This document shows, in pieces, positions 10,561-21,449 of a DNA stretch of 64,000 nucleotides; the stretch's first letter is position 1; each line of letters starts with the position of its first letter. The stretch is from Sphaerodactylus townsendi (taxonomy: Eukaryota): contig NC_059439.1 of NCBI RefSeq assembly GCF_021028975.2, forward strand, positions 30,256,001-30,320,000. The letters run 5' to 3'. The translations under genes were made by a program, and so were the position numbers. The notes under the pieces are model-generated. The model was given only the letters and a program-made list of their open reading frames with translations. It had not been told where the DNA came from and made no database searches.

Positions 10561-12095
10561 GTGAGTACGGGGAGGTGGGGGCGGAGAAGGATTTGGGGCA
10601 GGGATCCCCCCCCCCCCCCGGCAAAGCAAGGGGCAGACAGGGAGCTCTCCCCTCTCTCGTGCTCATACCTGCTGCAGTGCAATAGAGGTGTGCTAAGTGG
10701 GTCACGGAAGCAGAAAGGATCAAGGGACCAAGGGAGGGAGGAGAGTCAGGACTCCTGGGGTCTTTAGGAATGGGGCAGCATTAGAAGAACTTGGGGGGAA
10801 GGGGGGAGCTTGCTGCTGAAAATCATGAGATGCAGGTTAGACACCCCCACCCCCACCCCACTTAAGTTCATTTGCTTTGCGGGGGGGGGGGGAGCACAGG
10901 GGCAGATGGGTGGGTTTCCTCCATAGCCCATTAATGTTGCTGATGATGACATGTATGCTTTGCTGGTCATGATCAAACTTGGTGCAGCAGAAGTTATTCT
11001 GGAGTGATTAACTCAAGGTGACAGCAGGGGTGTCCTTAGCAGAACAAACAATATTAGTGGCATCTTATGAGGGAGGCTGGTTCTTTTGGATTTCCTGTGA
11101 AGTGTGTGGGGTGGGGTGGCTCTGAAGTACCAATAGGTTGACAGACCTCCTCCTGCCCCCGAGATACTTTTCTGCTTCCTCAGCTGGCCTGTAAAGTAGT
11201 GTCAGAGCGGCAGCAGTTAACATTTTATCTGTCAATCTGTTAATACAGTTTTGCCTCCTTGTATTGTTTTGCCCTCGTTGGTCATTTGCAGGCTCTCTGA
11301 TTTTTTTTAATGGTAATATTTACTGCTAAGCTAATATTTGCAGTGTTTCAGGTTCTCATAGCTTGCTGGGATGTATGTGTGAATGCCTTGGTTGAGGGAG
11401 AAAGGGAGAAAGTTAAAGTGGAATACTTGGGGAGGGGGGGTGAGAGTCAGAGCTCTGTTCCTCGAGCTGGAAAGAATTTTGTTTCTGCTTTTAATCCTGT
11501 AAACATAAAACTAGGTTTCGGGTTGACCACCCCAGTCTCTTTCAAGGGCATCAGGAACTCCTGGAAAGTTTCTGAGCATATTGTTTTGCTCTTACTACAG
11601 AAAGAGACTTTTATTATTTTTCATCCCTAACCAAGATATTTCAATGTTGTACAGAGAAATGTATCATTGTCCCAATTAATTTCATATTGAGCTAGTGAAA
11701 GGGGTTGTACTGGAAGCTCACAGGGTGATTTGTCTGAAGTTCGACTCCTGTAGTGGCTGGAGAAAGGTTTGAGCTTGGAATCACACATTCAGACCCATTC
11801 CTGTATCCACTGCCCATACCATCGCACGGAACTGAGAAAATGAGAGAATCCCTCAAAGACATTGACTCAGCTTCCAGTTCTGGAAGGAAAAGCTAAAATC
11901 AGAACCACTCGGCCCCGACACCCGTACTGAAACTCAACCTAAGAATATGCCACATAAAGAAACTCTTGCCTTTTCTTCTATCTCCTTTCCCCACTTGGTT
12001 GGGTCCTGTGTGTCAAATTTTGGTTAGGATAGGAACCTGACTTCTTGTGCTCTGTAAAGTGCTAAATCATCTTAATTAGATCATCTTGCAGAGAT

Positions 12096-12392
12096 GCCAG
12101 CGTGGTGTAGTAGTTAAGAGCAGGTGCACTCTAATCTGGAGAACCGGGTTTGATTCCCCACTCTGCCACTTGAACTGTGGAGGCTTATCTGGTGAACTAG
12201 ATTAGCTTGTGCAATCCAACACATGCCAGCTAGGTGACCTTGGGTTGGTCACAGTTCTTCCGAGGTCTGTCAGCCCCACCCACCTCACAGGGTGTTTGTT
12301 GTGAGGAGGGAAGGGAAAGGAGTTTGTAAGCCCCTTTGAGTCTCCTTACAGGAGAGAAAGGGGGATATAAGTCTTAACTCTTTTTCTTCTTC
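12096..12392 (+). mobile_element. tRNA-derived CORE SINE (Squam3/MIR-like), full length
   Basis: A box TGGTGTAGTAGTT, B box GGTTTGATTCCC, CORE gtgaccttggg, ending ggggatataa..(CTT)n; same family recurs at least 10 times in the window. Confidence 0.85.
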
Positions 12393-12519
12393 ATGTCTAT
12401 TGTCTACCTCTGTCCCTATCTCATATGAATGGCCAGTTTCACAAACATGCCGACTCTAAAAGTTTTTGCCTGTTATGTGAGTCAGTTGGAACGATTTGCT
12501 TTGAACTGCTGACTCTTAT

Positions 12520-13353
12520 GCTGTATGAAGGGGTAACTAATACCCTCGAGGACAGGGGTAGGATTAAAAAACATCTGGGCCAAAACTAACAAAATGAATT
12601 TCAACAGAGATAAATGTAAGATTCTGCATTTAGGCAGAAAAAATGAAATGGAGAGATATAGGATGGGTGACACCTGGCATGATATCACTACATGTGAAAG
12701 GGATCTGGGAGTCTTAGTAAACCTCAAACTGAACATGAGTCAGCAGTGTGAAGCGGCAGCCAGGAAAGCCAATGCAATTCTGGGATGCATCAATAAGAAC
12801 AGAGTGCCTAGATCGAGGGAAGTAATTGTACCACTCTGTTCTGCATTGGTCAGACCTCATTTAGAGTACTGTGTTCAGTTCTGGGCACCTCAATTTAAGA
12901 AGGATATTGACAAGCTGGAACGTGTCCAGAGGAGGGCAACCAAAATGGTGAAGGTCTGGAATCCATGCCCTATGAAGAGAGACTTATGGAGCTGGGGATG
13001 TTTAGTCTGGAGAAACAAAGGTTGGACGTGATAGCTATGTTTAAATATTTGAAGGGATGTCATGTCGAAGAGGGAGCAAGCTTGTTTTCTGCTGCTCCAG
13101 AGACTAGGACCAGGAGTCATGGGTTCAAGGTGCAGGAAAAGAGATTCCACCCAAACTTTAGGAAGAACTTTCTGTCAGGACTGTTCGACAGTGGAATTCA
13201 CTGCCTCGGGGACTGGTGGAGTCTCCTTCTTGGGAGGTTTTTAAACAGAGGCTGGATGATCATATGTCAGGAGTGCTTTGATTGTGTGTTCCTGCATGGC
13301 AGGGGGTTGGACTTGATGGCCCTCCTGATCTCTTCCAACTCTATGATTCTATG
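12520..13353 (+). mobile_element. CR1 LINE 3' fragment
   Basis: ORF2 end MNFNRDKCKILHLG..LVRPHLEYCVQFWAP, frameshifted; ends with the CR1 tail ttccaactctatgattctatg. Confidence 0.92.
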
Positions 13354-13501
13354 GTTTGTCTCTGCTGATGTGGATTGCATGGGTTCGCAAGGGGAGAGGT
13401 GTTATTTGTGCTGAGTATTTGGAATCTGTGTTTTCCCTCCCTTTCATCTTAATAATTATGTGACTGTTCCCTTTCTGCTCTTCAGAGGCAGTGTTGGGTC
13501 G

Positions 13502-14941
13502 ATGGAGGACTGTGATAAACAGTGGCCAGAGGGCCCCGGCCCCCTTGAGGCACCAGGAGTCGGCGCTGCTGCCGGATCTGTGGAAGAGTGCGCGGTTCTG
13601 TACTCTGATACCGAGGACGATCCGTCGCTCCTGACAGACAACGGTGGCGGCGCCCGGGCCCCTTTCCACTGCTCCGAGTGTGACAAGAGCTTCCGCTACC
13701 GCTCTGACCTGCGCCGCCATTTTGCCCGGCATACCGAACTGAAGCCTTTCCAGTGCCCTCACTGCATCAAGAGCTTCAAGCATTCCTTCAACCTGGTGAA
13801 CCACATCCGGAGCCACACGGGGGAGCGCCCCTACCGCTGCACCATGTGCCCGAAAGGCTTCCGGGACTCCACCGGTCTTCTCCACCATCAAGTGGTGCAC
13901 ACCGGGGAGAAGCCGTACTGTTGCCACGTCTGCGAGCTGCGCTTCTCCTCCCGCAGCAGCTTGGGCCGTCACCTCAAGCGGCAGCATCGGGCGTCCCCCG
14001 CTGCCACGGCCCCTCAGCCCCCTACCCCGCGTTGCCTGGCCTGTGGCAAAGAGCAGAGCCCTCTGGGACACCTCTGCAGCGCCGGGCGAGGCCGGGCTGC
14101 CCCTTTCGGTTGCGGGGCCTGCGGGCGGCACTTCCAGTTGGCCTCGGAACTGCGACGCCATTGGCTGGCTCATACGGACATCAAGCCCTTTAAATGCCCG
14201 GAGTGTGAACGGGACTTTAATGCCGCCTCCTTGTTGGAGCGCCACAAACTGACTCATGCCAAGGACAGGCCACCCCCCTGCCCAGTCTGTGCTGGCAAAG
14301 TCCTGCAGAGCAACAAGGGGCTGGAGCTGGACAGCTTGGAAGAGGAGCAGAGAGAACGGGAGCCGGAGGGAGAGGCCCTGCAGCATAGCCGAGGCTGCCC
14401 GAATCGCCACTCGCCGGACACCCGGCCCCCGGAGACTTTGTACCAGTGCGAATGTGGGACCTTTTTTGCCAACGGCAACACCCTCGCCGCTCATTTGACC
14501 GCCCACGGGGGGGAGCCCTCCTTCACCTGTGGCATCTGTGGCCAGCCCTTCGTGAATTTACAGTCCCTGGAGGAGCACCAGCTCAGCCACGCCGTGGCCC
14601 CGACCCCCGGCTCAGGCAGCGAACTGGAGCGCCACCTCTTGCCCCAGCTGGACCTGCGGACGTTCCCGTCGCGGCCAGGCAAGAAACTCTACAAGTGCAG
14701 CGAGTGCGAGAAATACTTCCGCAGCCCCCGGGATCTGGACCGGCACGTCTTGGTGCACACCGGCGAGAAGCCCTATCAGTGTACCGAGTGCGGCAAGTTC
14801 TTCCGACACGAGTGCTACCTGAAACGGCACCGGCTGTTACACAGCGGCGAACGGCCTTTCAAGTGCACCGTCTGCCACAAAGGCTTCATCACTTTGAGCA
14901 ACCTCTCGCGGCATCTTAAGCTGCACCGTGGGATTGACTAG
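13502..14941 (+). CDS. FIZ1: Flt3-interacting zinc finger protein 1 (about 11 C2H2 fingers)
   Basis: PFHCSECDKSFRYRSDLRRHFARHT..FKHSFNL..CPKGFRDSTGLLHHQVVHTGEKPYCC..CELRFSSRSSLGRHLKRQH matches the mammalian FIZ1 N-terminal fingers as recalled. Acceptor ttctgctcttcag| at 13485 precedes the ATG at 13502. ZNF579 lies downstream, as in human. Confidence 0.9.
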   Translation: MEDCDKQWPEGPGPLEAPGVGAAAGSVEECAVLYSDTEDDPSLLTDNGGGARAPFHCSECDKSFRYRSDLRRHFARHTELKPFQCPHCIKSFKHSFNLVNHIRSHTGERPYRCTMCPKGFRDSTGLLHHQVVHTGEKPYCCHVCELRFSSRSSLGRHLKRQHRASPAATAPQPPTPRCLACGKEQSPLGHLCSAGRGRAAPFGCGACGRHFQLASELRRHWLAHTDIKPFKCPECERDFNAASLLERHKLTHAKDRPPPCPVCAGKVLQSNKGLELDSLEEEQREREPEGEALQHSRGCPNRHSPDTRPPETLYQCECGTFFANGNTLAAHLTAHGGEPSFTCGICGQPFVNLQSLEEHQLSHAVAPTPGSGSELERHLLPQLDLRTFPSRPGKKLYKCSECEKYFRSPRDLDRHVLVHTGEKPYQCTECGKFFRHECYLKRHRLLHSGERPFKCTVCHKGFITLSNLSRHLKLHRGID

Positions 14942-16885
14942 CGGGGGGGCGGGGACTGGGAGCACACCTGCACACACAGCCCTCCGCCCCCCGCGCTGTT
15001 TTCCTCTACCTCCACCCCAGTGGCCGCCAGAGGCGACCCCTTCTGGATACGCAACTCTTGCCTCGCGCGCCCAAAAACTACGCTCGCCTACCCTGTCTTC
15101 GTGGTCCGCTAGCGTAGGGTAGGGGACCTGTGATGAAAAGAGAAGTCGAGAAGTGTTATTTACTAGTATTCTGTTCTGCGGCTGGTGAGGATGTCTTCCG
15201 CACACTCGAGAACGGTTGAGTTTTTGGGGTGCTCGCTTGGACAGGGGGTTGAGCGTTTCGGATTCGCCGCAGCGATATTCGGGGCGGAAGGAAGACATGC
15301 CAGGGACCTAACCCCTTCAGCCACGGGTGTTACCCAAGTGAGCCTGTCCGTACCAAGGTTCCTCTGTCCCAGAGTAGTGTGGGTTCCCTAGGACAACTGT
15401 TCTTAAAGTGTGAGGATGGCCTCCCACGGAGGGTCTCCCGATTATCATAGGAGACACAAGCTCCTCCTGGGGATGTGTTGAGCTTTGGACCAGGAGATCC
15501 ATGACTTTCCTATTCCCAAGATTTCCCCCCGCCCACTGTCATACAGGAGTCCTAGCTTTTGTGTTCATAAGGGAGCACTGTTGGTCAGCGTAAATGTAAT
15601 TTTTTTTTTGCTGAATCCCTTACATGCTGCCGGACTGCGTGATTCTTATCCCCACCCCCCACCCCCACCCGGCTTGAATCCTTTCTGCCTCTGGACAAGA
15701 GTGCTTGCAACTTGGATGGACTTTTACCTTTCCCTTCCCACTCTAAAGGCATCACCGCATCCTGAACCTCCGACTGCCGGGTTTGAATCCTGGCCATGAG
15801 TACACATGAGTCAGGTTCAAAAGATTCTCAAAATCCTCCCAGAATGTCAGCTCCCGAGGCCCCCCTAGGGAAAGCGAGGCCCGCTAACCCGACTGAAAAT
15901 CCATTTTAAGTTTGTAGCTGTAGCTGTCCCCAGTGTTGCTTATACCGAGACATGAAAAGGTTTGAAAACTTAATTTAGGAACCCCCCCGGCTTTAACCGT
16001 TGTGATGTTTCCCAATCAAGCACTTTTAAAAAGCATCCTAAAACAAAAAAAACAAACACATCCTGCTAAAAAAAAGGTGCAAGGTTTAACCAGCAAAAAT
16101 AGTTTCCTTCAGCGCCCCCGACCCCCGGTTTCTTAGCTTTAGACCAAAGGCTGGAATTCTGTTTCTTCTTTCTTTTTGGTTTGCAATCACGAGGACTAGA
16201 CACTAATTTTTAAAAGAAGCAGCTAAATTGTCACAATCTTTGCTTATTTACTGGTGGAGCCCAATTGGCTCACAGACAACACACTGCCCGTAGACGGCAC
16301 AATAGTCATGTCTGCTGTAGGATCTCTGATACTCTGTGGGGACTTAACTGCTTGTCTAATTGTAGGTTTTGCGACATGGTTAACTCAAGCACTTTTGGTT
16401 AGAGTGGAAGGTAGGTTGCTTTTGATTGGAGGCGCTGCTCGTTTTTCACCTTCACTTTTTTTTCCTTCCCAGAAGAAGGCACGTTTTCACTTTGTTTCTA
16501 TTTGCAAGCCAGAAACGCTTTCATCACTAACAAATGTCGTCTCTGAAAATCGGGTTGAACGGTTGAAAGGATGCATTTGCCTTCTTGTAAACAGGTTCAC
16601 CTCTTGGGGGGAAGTTTTTCACCGTCAGGGCAACTTCGAACCAGCCATCTTGGCGAAGAGAGAGTTCCGATTTTCGTAACGTTCGATAAATTCCTCTTTT
16701 GCGCTCGGGTATGTGGGCTGGCGGGAGGGTCAGCTCTGGGGTAGATCCAGGCTTGTATGTCCGTGTTTCAAGTGAAGTCTCCCGAAATGCTGAGCTTGTT
16801 CAGGGGGGTGGTTTTTTGGGAAGTCACCTGAGTTTATCCATAGTAAAATAAGCTGTTGAAGAATAAGCTGGAAAGGAACAGCATC

Positions 16886-17021
16886 CAGTGGTGGCGAACC
16901 TTTGGCACTCCAGATGTTATGTACTACAATTCCCATCAGCCCCTGCCAGCATGGCCAATTGCAGGGGCTGATGGGAATTGTAGTCCACAACATCTGCAGT
17001 GCCAAAGGTTCGCCACCACAG
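16886..17021. mobile_element. Palindromic hAT MITE
   Basis: TIRs cagtggtggcgaacc / ggttcgccaccacag; internal hairpin; same family as 29690-29835. Confidence 0.8.
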
Positions 17022-17682
17022 GATCCTATCGCTTCTATGCATGAAAAAGGAAAATCATCTTCCCGTTTCCCCACTGCCCAGTTCACTTGTGACCATCTTT
17101 GTGGTACCTAAGCTGGGCAGGTAGGTCCCTTCATGTTCATTCATTCAAATTTCAGTACAGAGGCAAATTCCTCCCCCCCCACCCCACACACCCCAAGGAA
17201 AAATTTACTGACAAATAGTTGTTTTATTCTCTCTCTCTTTTGTTTGTCTCGTTAAGCCCTTGGTAGGACCTTGAAAATAATCTAATAAAAGCCAGCTCCT
17301 GACCAAATTCCAGCTCCTTATCTTCTGTGGAATGCAGGCCTCTTGGTTGGGCATTTCTCTGCAGCGTGCGTACGCATGCCCTGTGTGTTTTGGAGAACAA
17401 GGCCGTCATACAGCGCAAACCTCGCCGGGCCGGGTGCCCAGCAGTCGCACGTACGAGGCTGAGATCGTCTGGGGCAAAAACCCAAACGGTGAAGTGAAAG
17501 CAAAACCTGCGCTTGGGTATGAAACCAACACCTGGATTGAAAGAGGCTCTTTGACAAATTGATGGAGCTGCATAATATTGAGTCACCTGGCTCTGTAGTA
17601 TTGCATGCTGGGGCTGGCAACGGCTCTCCACACCTGGAGGCCTTTGCCATCATTTGCTACACAAGATCTCTGAACTGGAGAT

Positions 17683-17735
17683 AGAATCATAGAGTTGGAA
17701 GAGATCACATGGGCCATCAAGTCCAATCCCCTGTC
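17683..17735 (-). mobile_element. CR1 3' tail fragment
   Basis: Reverse complement of the CR1 end (tagaatcatagagttggaagagatc). Confidence 0.6.
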
Positions 17736-17904
17736 ATGAACCCCAAGGGACAGAGATGACTGTGAGTGACCCAGGACTGTGAGTGACCTTGGGCCCTTCT
17801 TCCATCCTGTGGAGGTAGTGCATAAGTGTGGGAGGGGCATATGTGTGGCAAGGTGGGATTTGTGTGCTTTCAGCACACAGGTGAGTTGAACGATGAGCCG
17901 ACTG

Positions 17905-18075
17905 TCTCAGCTGACTTACAGAAACCGCCAAGGGGTTTCCAAGGCAAGAGATGGTAAGTAGTTTGCTACTGCCTGCCGCCACATCAAAACCCTGATATTC
18001 CTTGGTGGTCTCCCACCCAAATAGTAGCTGAGGTCAACCCTGCTCATCTTCTGATGAGATTGGGCTCTCCAGGTC
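17905..18075 (-). mobile_element. Degenerate SINE with a 5S-rRNA-like head
   Basis: ggtctcccacccaaatagtagctgaggtcaaccctgctc resembles the reverse complement of the 5S rRNA internal region; a related + strand copy lies at ~37270-37425. Confidence 0.45.
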
Positions 18076-18195
18076 AGGAAAAGATGGCTAAAAATGCCAA
18101 CTAGAATAAACAGTCTTGTTTGTGCCAGACTGCCCACAACTGGGCTGGACATGTTTGCCCAGTCAGGTGTATTGCTACTTTGCATAACCATGTAG

Positions 18196-18491
18196 TAGAA
18201 GAAGAACGGTTTGGATTTACACTTCCCCCCACCCTTTCTCTCCTGTAAGGAGACCCAAAGGGGCTTACAATCTCCCCACACACACAACAAACACCCTGTG
18301 AGGTGGGTGGGTGGGGCTGAGAGCGCCAAAGAACTGTGACTCGCCCAAGGTCACTCAGCTGGCATGCACTGGAGTGCACAAGCTAATCTGGTTCACCAGG
18401 TAAACCTCCACAGCTCAAGTGGCAAAATGGGGAATCAAACCCGGTTCTCCAGATTAGAGTGCACCTGCTCTTAGCCACTACACCACACTGG
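18196..18491 (-). mobile_element. Squam3-like SINE
   Basis: (GAA)n tail at left; tRNA head (ggaatcaaacccgg..ccactacaccacactgg) at right. Confidence 0.85.
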
Positions 18492-19029
18492 TGCTCTGTA
18501 CCTCTGCAGGCGGCACATACTCCCAATTAAGCCATTTTCCGATTCTCGGGGTTTCTTGTGGTAATGAGATATCGAGCGCAGAAAACTCCCTTGGAGTCCC
18601 TGGCCTTCAAGCTCCTGAGCCCATGAGCTCACCGGTACCTGTGCCTGGCTCCAACTCATCCCTTTTCTTTCTCTCTGGAAACTGCAAGTCATCCTGACGT
18701 TAACGTCCCAGATTTCCTTCAGTAGCTTATAGGCCCAAAAACATGGACCATAATTTGGGAAGGCCAAGAAAAGGCTAAACAAGTTTCTGGATGTCTACTG
18801 TGCACACACGGGACTGCCAGCAGCCTATAGAGATTTAAATATTCCCTCAATAGACATGCTATGTGGCCCGTCAATTGCCTGTTTCTTTGTACCAGATCGG
18901 AACACAGGTGGGCAGTAAGGTGGTCCCATTGGCCTGGGGCGATGATTTTAAGGGGACTAATCCCTCAGGTTAAAGCAAATAAGGCCCTTGGTAAAGAATA
19001 TTGATATTGTAAACAGAGGCAATAGGGAT

Positions 19030-19282
19030 CTGGGGTGTTGTGGGTTTTCTGGGCTGTATGGCCGTGTTCCAGTAGCATTTTTTCCCGACGTCTCGCCTGC
19101 ATCTGTGGCTGGCATCTTCCGAGGATCCGATGGCAGTAAAAGTGTATCTACTCCACTTGCTTCACTACCATCAGATCGTCTGAAGATGCCAGCCACAGAC
19201 GCAGGCGAAACATCGGGAGAAAATGCTACTGGAACACAGCCATGCTGCCCGGAAAACCCACAACACCCTAGTGAAAGCCTTC
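19030..19282. mobile_element. Penelope-like element terminal fragments in inverted orientation
   Basis: gggctgtatggccgtgttccag..gacgtctcgcctgcatctgtggctggcatc followed by its reverse complement; degenerate hammerhead cores. Confidence 0.75.
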
Positions 19283-19499
19283 CACGATGCAATAGGGATC
19301 CTTTAGCATAAAATAAAGATTGATCACAAATTATCCTGTTTGCCATTACCTTAATTTTTTTAAAGTACAAATTGTTCTAGTTCTTTTATGCTGCTCTGTT
19401 ACTTGTAACTTACACAGAGAGATATACACCCACACGGGAATCACAGGTATTTCGCCCTGATTACTAAAATATCTCATGAGCAGTTTGAAACCGGGGCCA

Positions 19500-20470
19500 A
19501 CAATTCCCACCTGGCCGTGGCCTATTGCCACATACCAAGACTACCCCAAGGGCTGGGCGCCCTTTCTCCCGGCCCGTTGGCACCCCTAGGGACAGAGCTG
19601 GCAGGTCGGTGAGCGGCGGGTGAGGCGTCCCCGTTCCCAGGTCGGCCTTCCTGTGCGTTAACCCGACGGGCCCCAGGTAAGTGGGTCAGGAGCCGCGGCA
19701 CACGTGGCGAGGGGCACGGCGAGGGCATCAAGCTGGCTTGGGTGCCCCCCGGGGTGCTTGGGCGCACACGCGTGGGTGGGTGGGGGGAGTAGGTGGAGGG
19801 GGCGGGTGGGCGCTTGGGGGAAGGACGCCGCCTCTTGCGCGCTGGATGCCGCCATCCTGGCGCCTTGCTGGCCCAACGCCGCCGCCTCTTCCTCCTCCGG
19901 GGGCGACTGCAGAGTCAGGTACTGACCCCCACCCCACCCGGCGAGGAAACGGGCTGCGGGGGCGCGCGTTTTGGGCGGAGGGGCCCGATGGCGGCGAAGG
20001 GCTGCCTCCCCCCCCCCCCAACAGGATAGATAGACCCTACAGACAAAGCCTGGGGCACGGGGGGAGGGGGCGCGGCCGGACGGGCGCCCCCAGGTGGCTC
20101 CTCCAGGGGTCCCGGCCCGCCCTTCCTATTTGAGGCCGAGCTCTGAAATGTCTCTGCGCCTCCCCCCCCCCCTTTGAAAGGAGATGGAGGGAGACTCTTG
20201 CGCCTGGGGGCCAAGGAGCCCCCGGAGAAGGCCTGGGGGGGGGGGCGCCTGGACCGGGGGATCGGTGGAGGCAGGGCGTGCGTTTCCCGGGGGGGGGGGC
20301 ACGGAGCGTCTTCAGGGGAAGATTCTCAGCAACATATTGCAATTGGGGCGGGGGTGGGGGGGCATATCAGGGCCGTCGGAACAGCGTTACAGCCCCCACG
20401 GGCAAAGCAGCGTGTGAGATGCTTGCACGTGCACGCGCGCCTGGTTGCAGAGGTGGCCCCGATCCTAAAC
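19500..20470 (+). promoter_or_regulatory. CpG island; ZNF579 promoter / non-coding first exon
   Basis: Very GC/CpG-rich with GC boxes; consensus donor CAG|GTAAGT at 19677; acceptor gcctgtacag| at 21440, 9 nt before the ZNF579 ATG. Confidence 0.7.
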
Positions 20471-20683
20471 CGGAGGCGAATGCCAGAGCCCCGTGAGCAG
20501 CAGCGGCTGAGGGAGCTGTGTGGGTTTAGTCTGGAGAAGAAAAGGGTCAGGGGTGGCATGAGAGCCCCGCTTCAAGATTTGAAGGGAGAGAGAGCAAGCG
20601 TGTTTTCTGCTGCTCCATCCAACAGGACAAGGAGTCATGGGTTCAAGAGGTGCAGGAAAAAAAGATCCCACCTAAACATTAGG

Positions 20684-20939
20684 GTCTGGAGGTTGTATTT
20701 AGAGTTGTATGGTTGTAGAAGTTTCCTGGGTGCTGTGTGGTTTCCAGGCTGTATGGCCGTGTTATAGCAGCCTTCTCTCCTGACGTTTCGCCTGCATCTG
20801 TGGCTGGCATCAGATCCTCTGAAGATGCCAGCCACAGATGCAGGCGAAACGTCAGGAGAGAATGCTGCTAGAACACGGCCATACAGCCCGGAAACCACAC
20901 AGCACCCCAGTGATTCTGGCCGTGAAAGCCTTCGACGAT
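20684..20939. mobile_element. Penelope-like fold-back insertion
   Basis: Inverted arms ~20727-20810 and ~20824-20908; 3' end gtgaaagccttcgacgatac; flanked by duplicated acattagg (20676-20683, 20940-20947). Confidence 0.8.
20815..20857 (+). ncRNA. Minimal hammerhead ribozyme motif (PLE type)
   Basis: Stem I tcct/agga; core CTGAAGA; extra T; stem II gcc/ggc; GAAAC; GTC cleavage triplet (20851-20853); palindromic ACGT stem III. Confidence 0.8.
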
Positions 20940-21199
20940 ACATTAGGAAAAACTTCCTGACCATCAGGGCTGTCCGACAGTGGAATGCTCTACCTCGGAG
21001 TGTGGTGGAGTCTCCTTCTGTGGAGGTTTTTGAAGAGAGGCTGGGTGGCCACCTGTCAGGAGTGCTTTGATTGGGTGTTCCTGCATTGCAGGGGGTTGGA
21101 CTGGATGGGGTCTCTTCCGACACTATGATTCTAAGAAAGCAACAAACCAAACCAAGTGCCCTTCCCCCTCTTTATATATGTTTCTCCCTGAAAACATTC

Positions 21200-21341
21200 T
21201 GGCCCCTTCCGCACACGCAAAATAATGCATTTTCAAACCACTTTCACAACTGTTTGCAAGTGGATTTTGCTATTCCACACAGCTTCAAAGAGCACTGAAA
21301 GCAGTTTGAAAGTGCATTATTCTGCATGTGCGGAATGAGCC
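21200..21341. mobile_element. Palindromic MITE (ggccccttccgcaca TIR, PIF/Harbinger-like)
   Basis: TIRs ggccccttccgcaca / tgtgcggaatgagcc; related copies at ~27370-27510, ~48075-48215 and ~60505-60660. Confidence 0.7.
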
Positions 21342-21449
21342 TCTGATTAGTAGTTTTACATAACTCACAAGTTGGTGTTCCAGATTTTCAATGCCTATAG
21401 ATAAAATACAGTTCAGTATTCCTGCCTTTCGCCTGTACAGGGACAACTC

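Larger units (their letters stand above)
20485..21132 (+). mobile_element. CR1 3' fragment interrupted by a Penelope-like insertion
   Basis: RLRELCGFSLEKKR.. resumes as IRKNFLTIRAVRQWNALPRSVVESPS after the insertion; tail ctatgattct. Confidence 0.85.

Noticed and set aside
13349-14506. 385-aa antisense ORF over FIZ1
   Set aside because: Shadow ORF of a GC-rich CDS with no recognisable domain.
17995-18075. 5S rRNA-like sequence
   Set aside because: Partial, degenerate and attached to a SINE body; not an rRNA gene.
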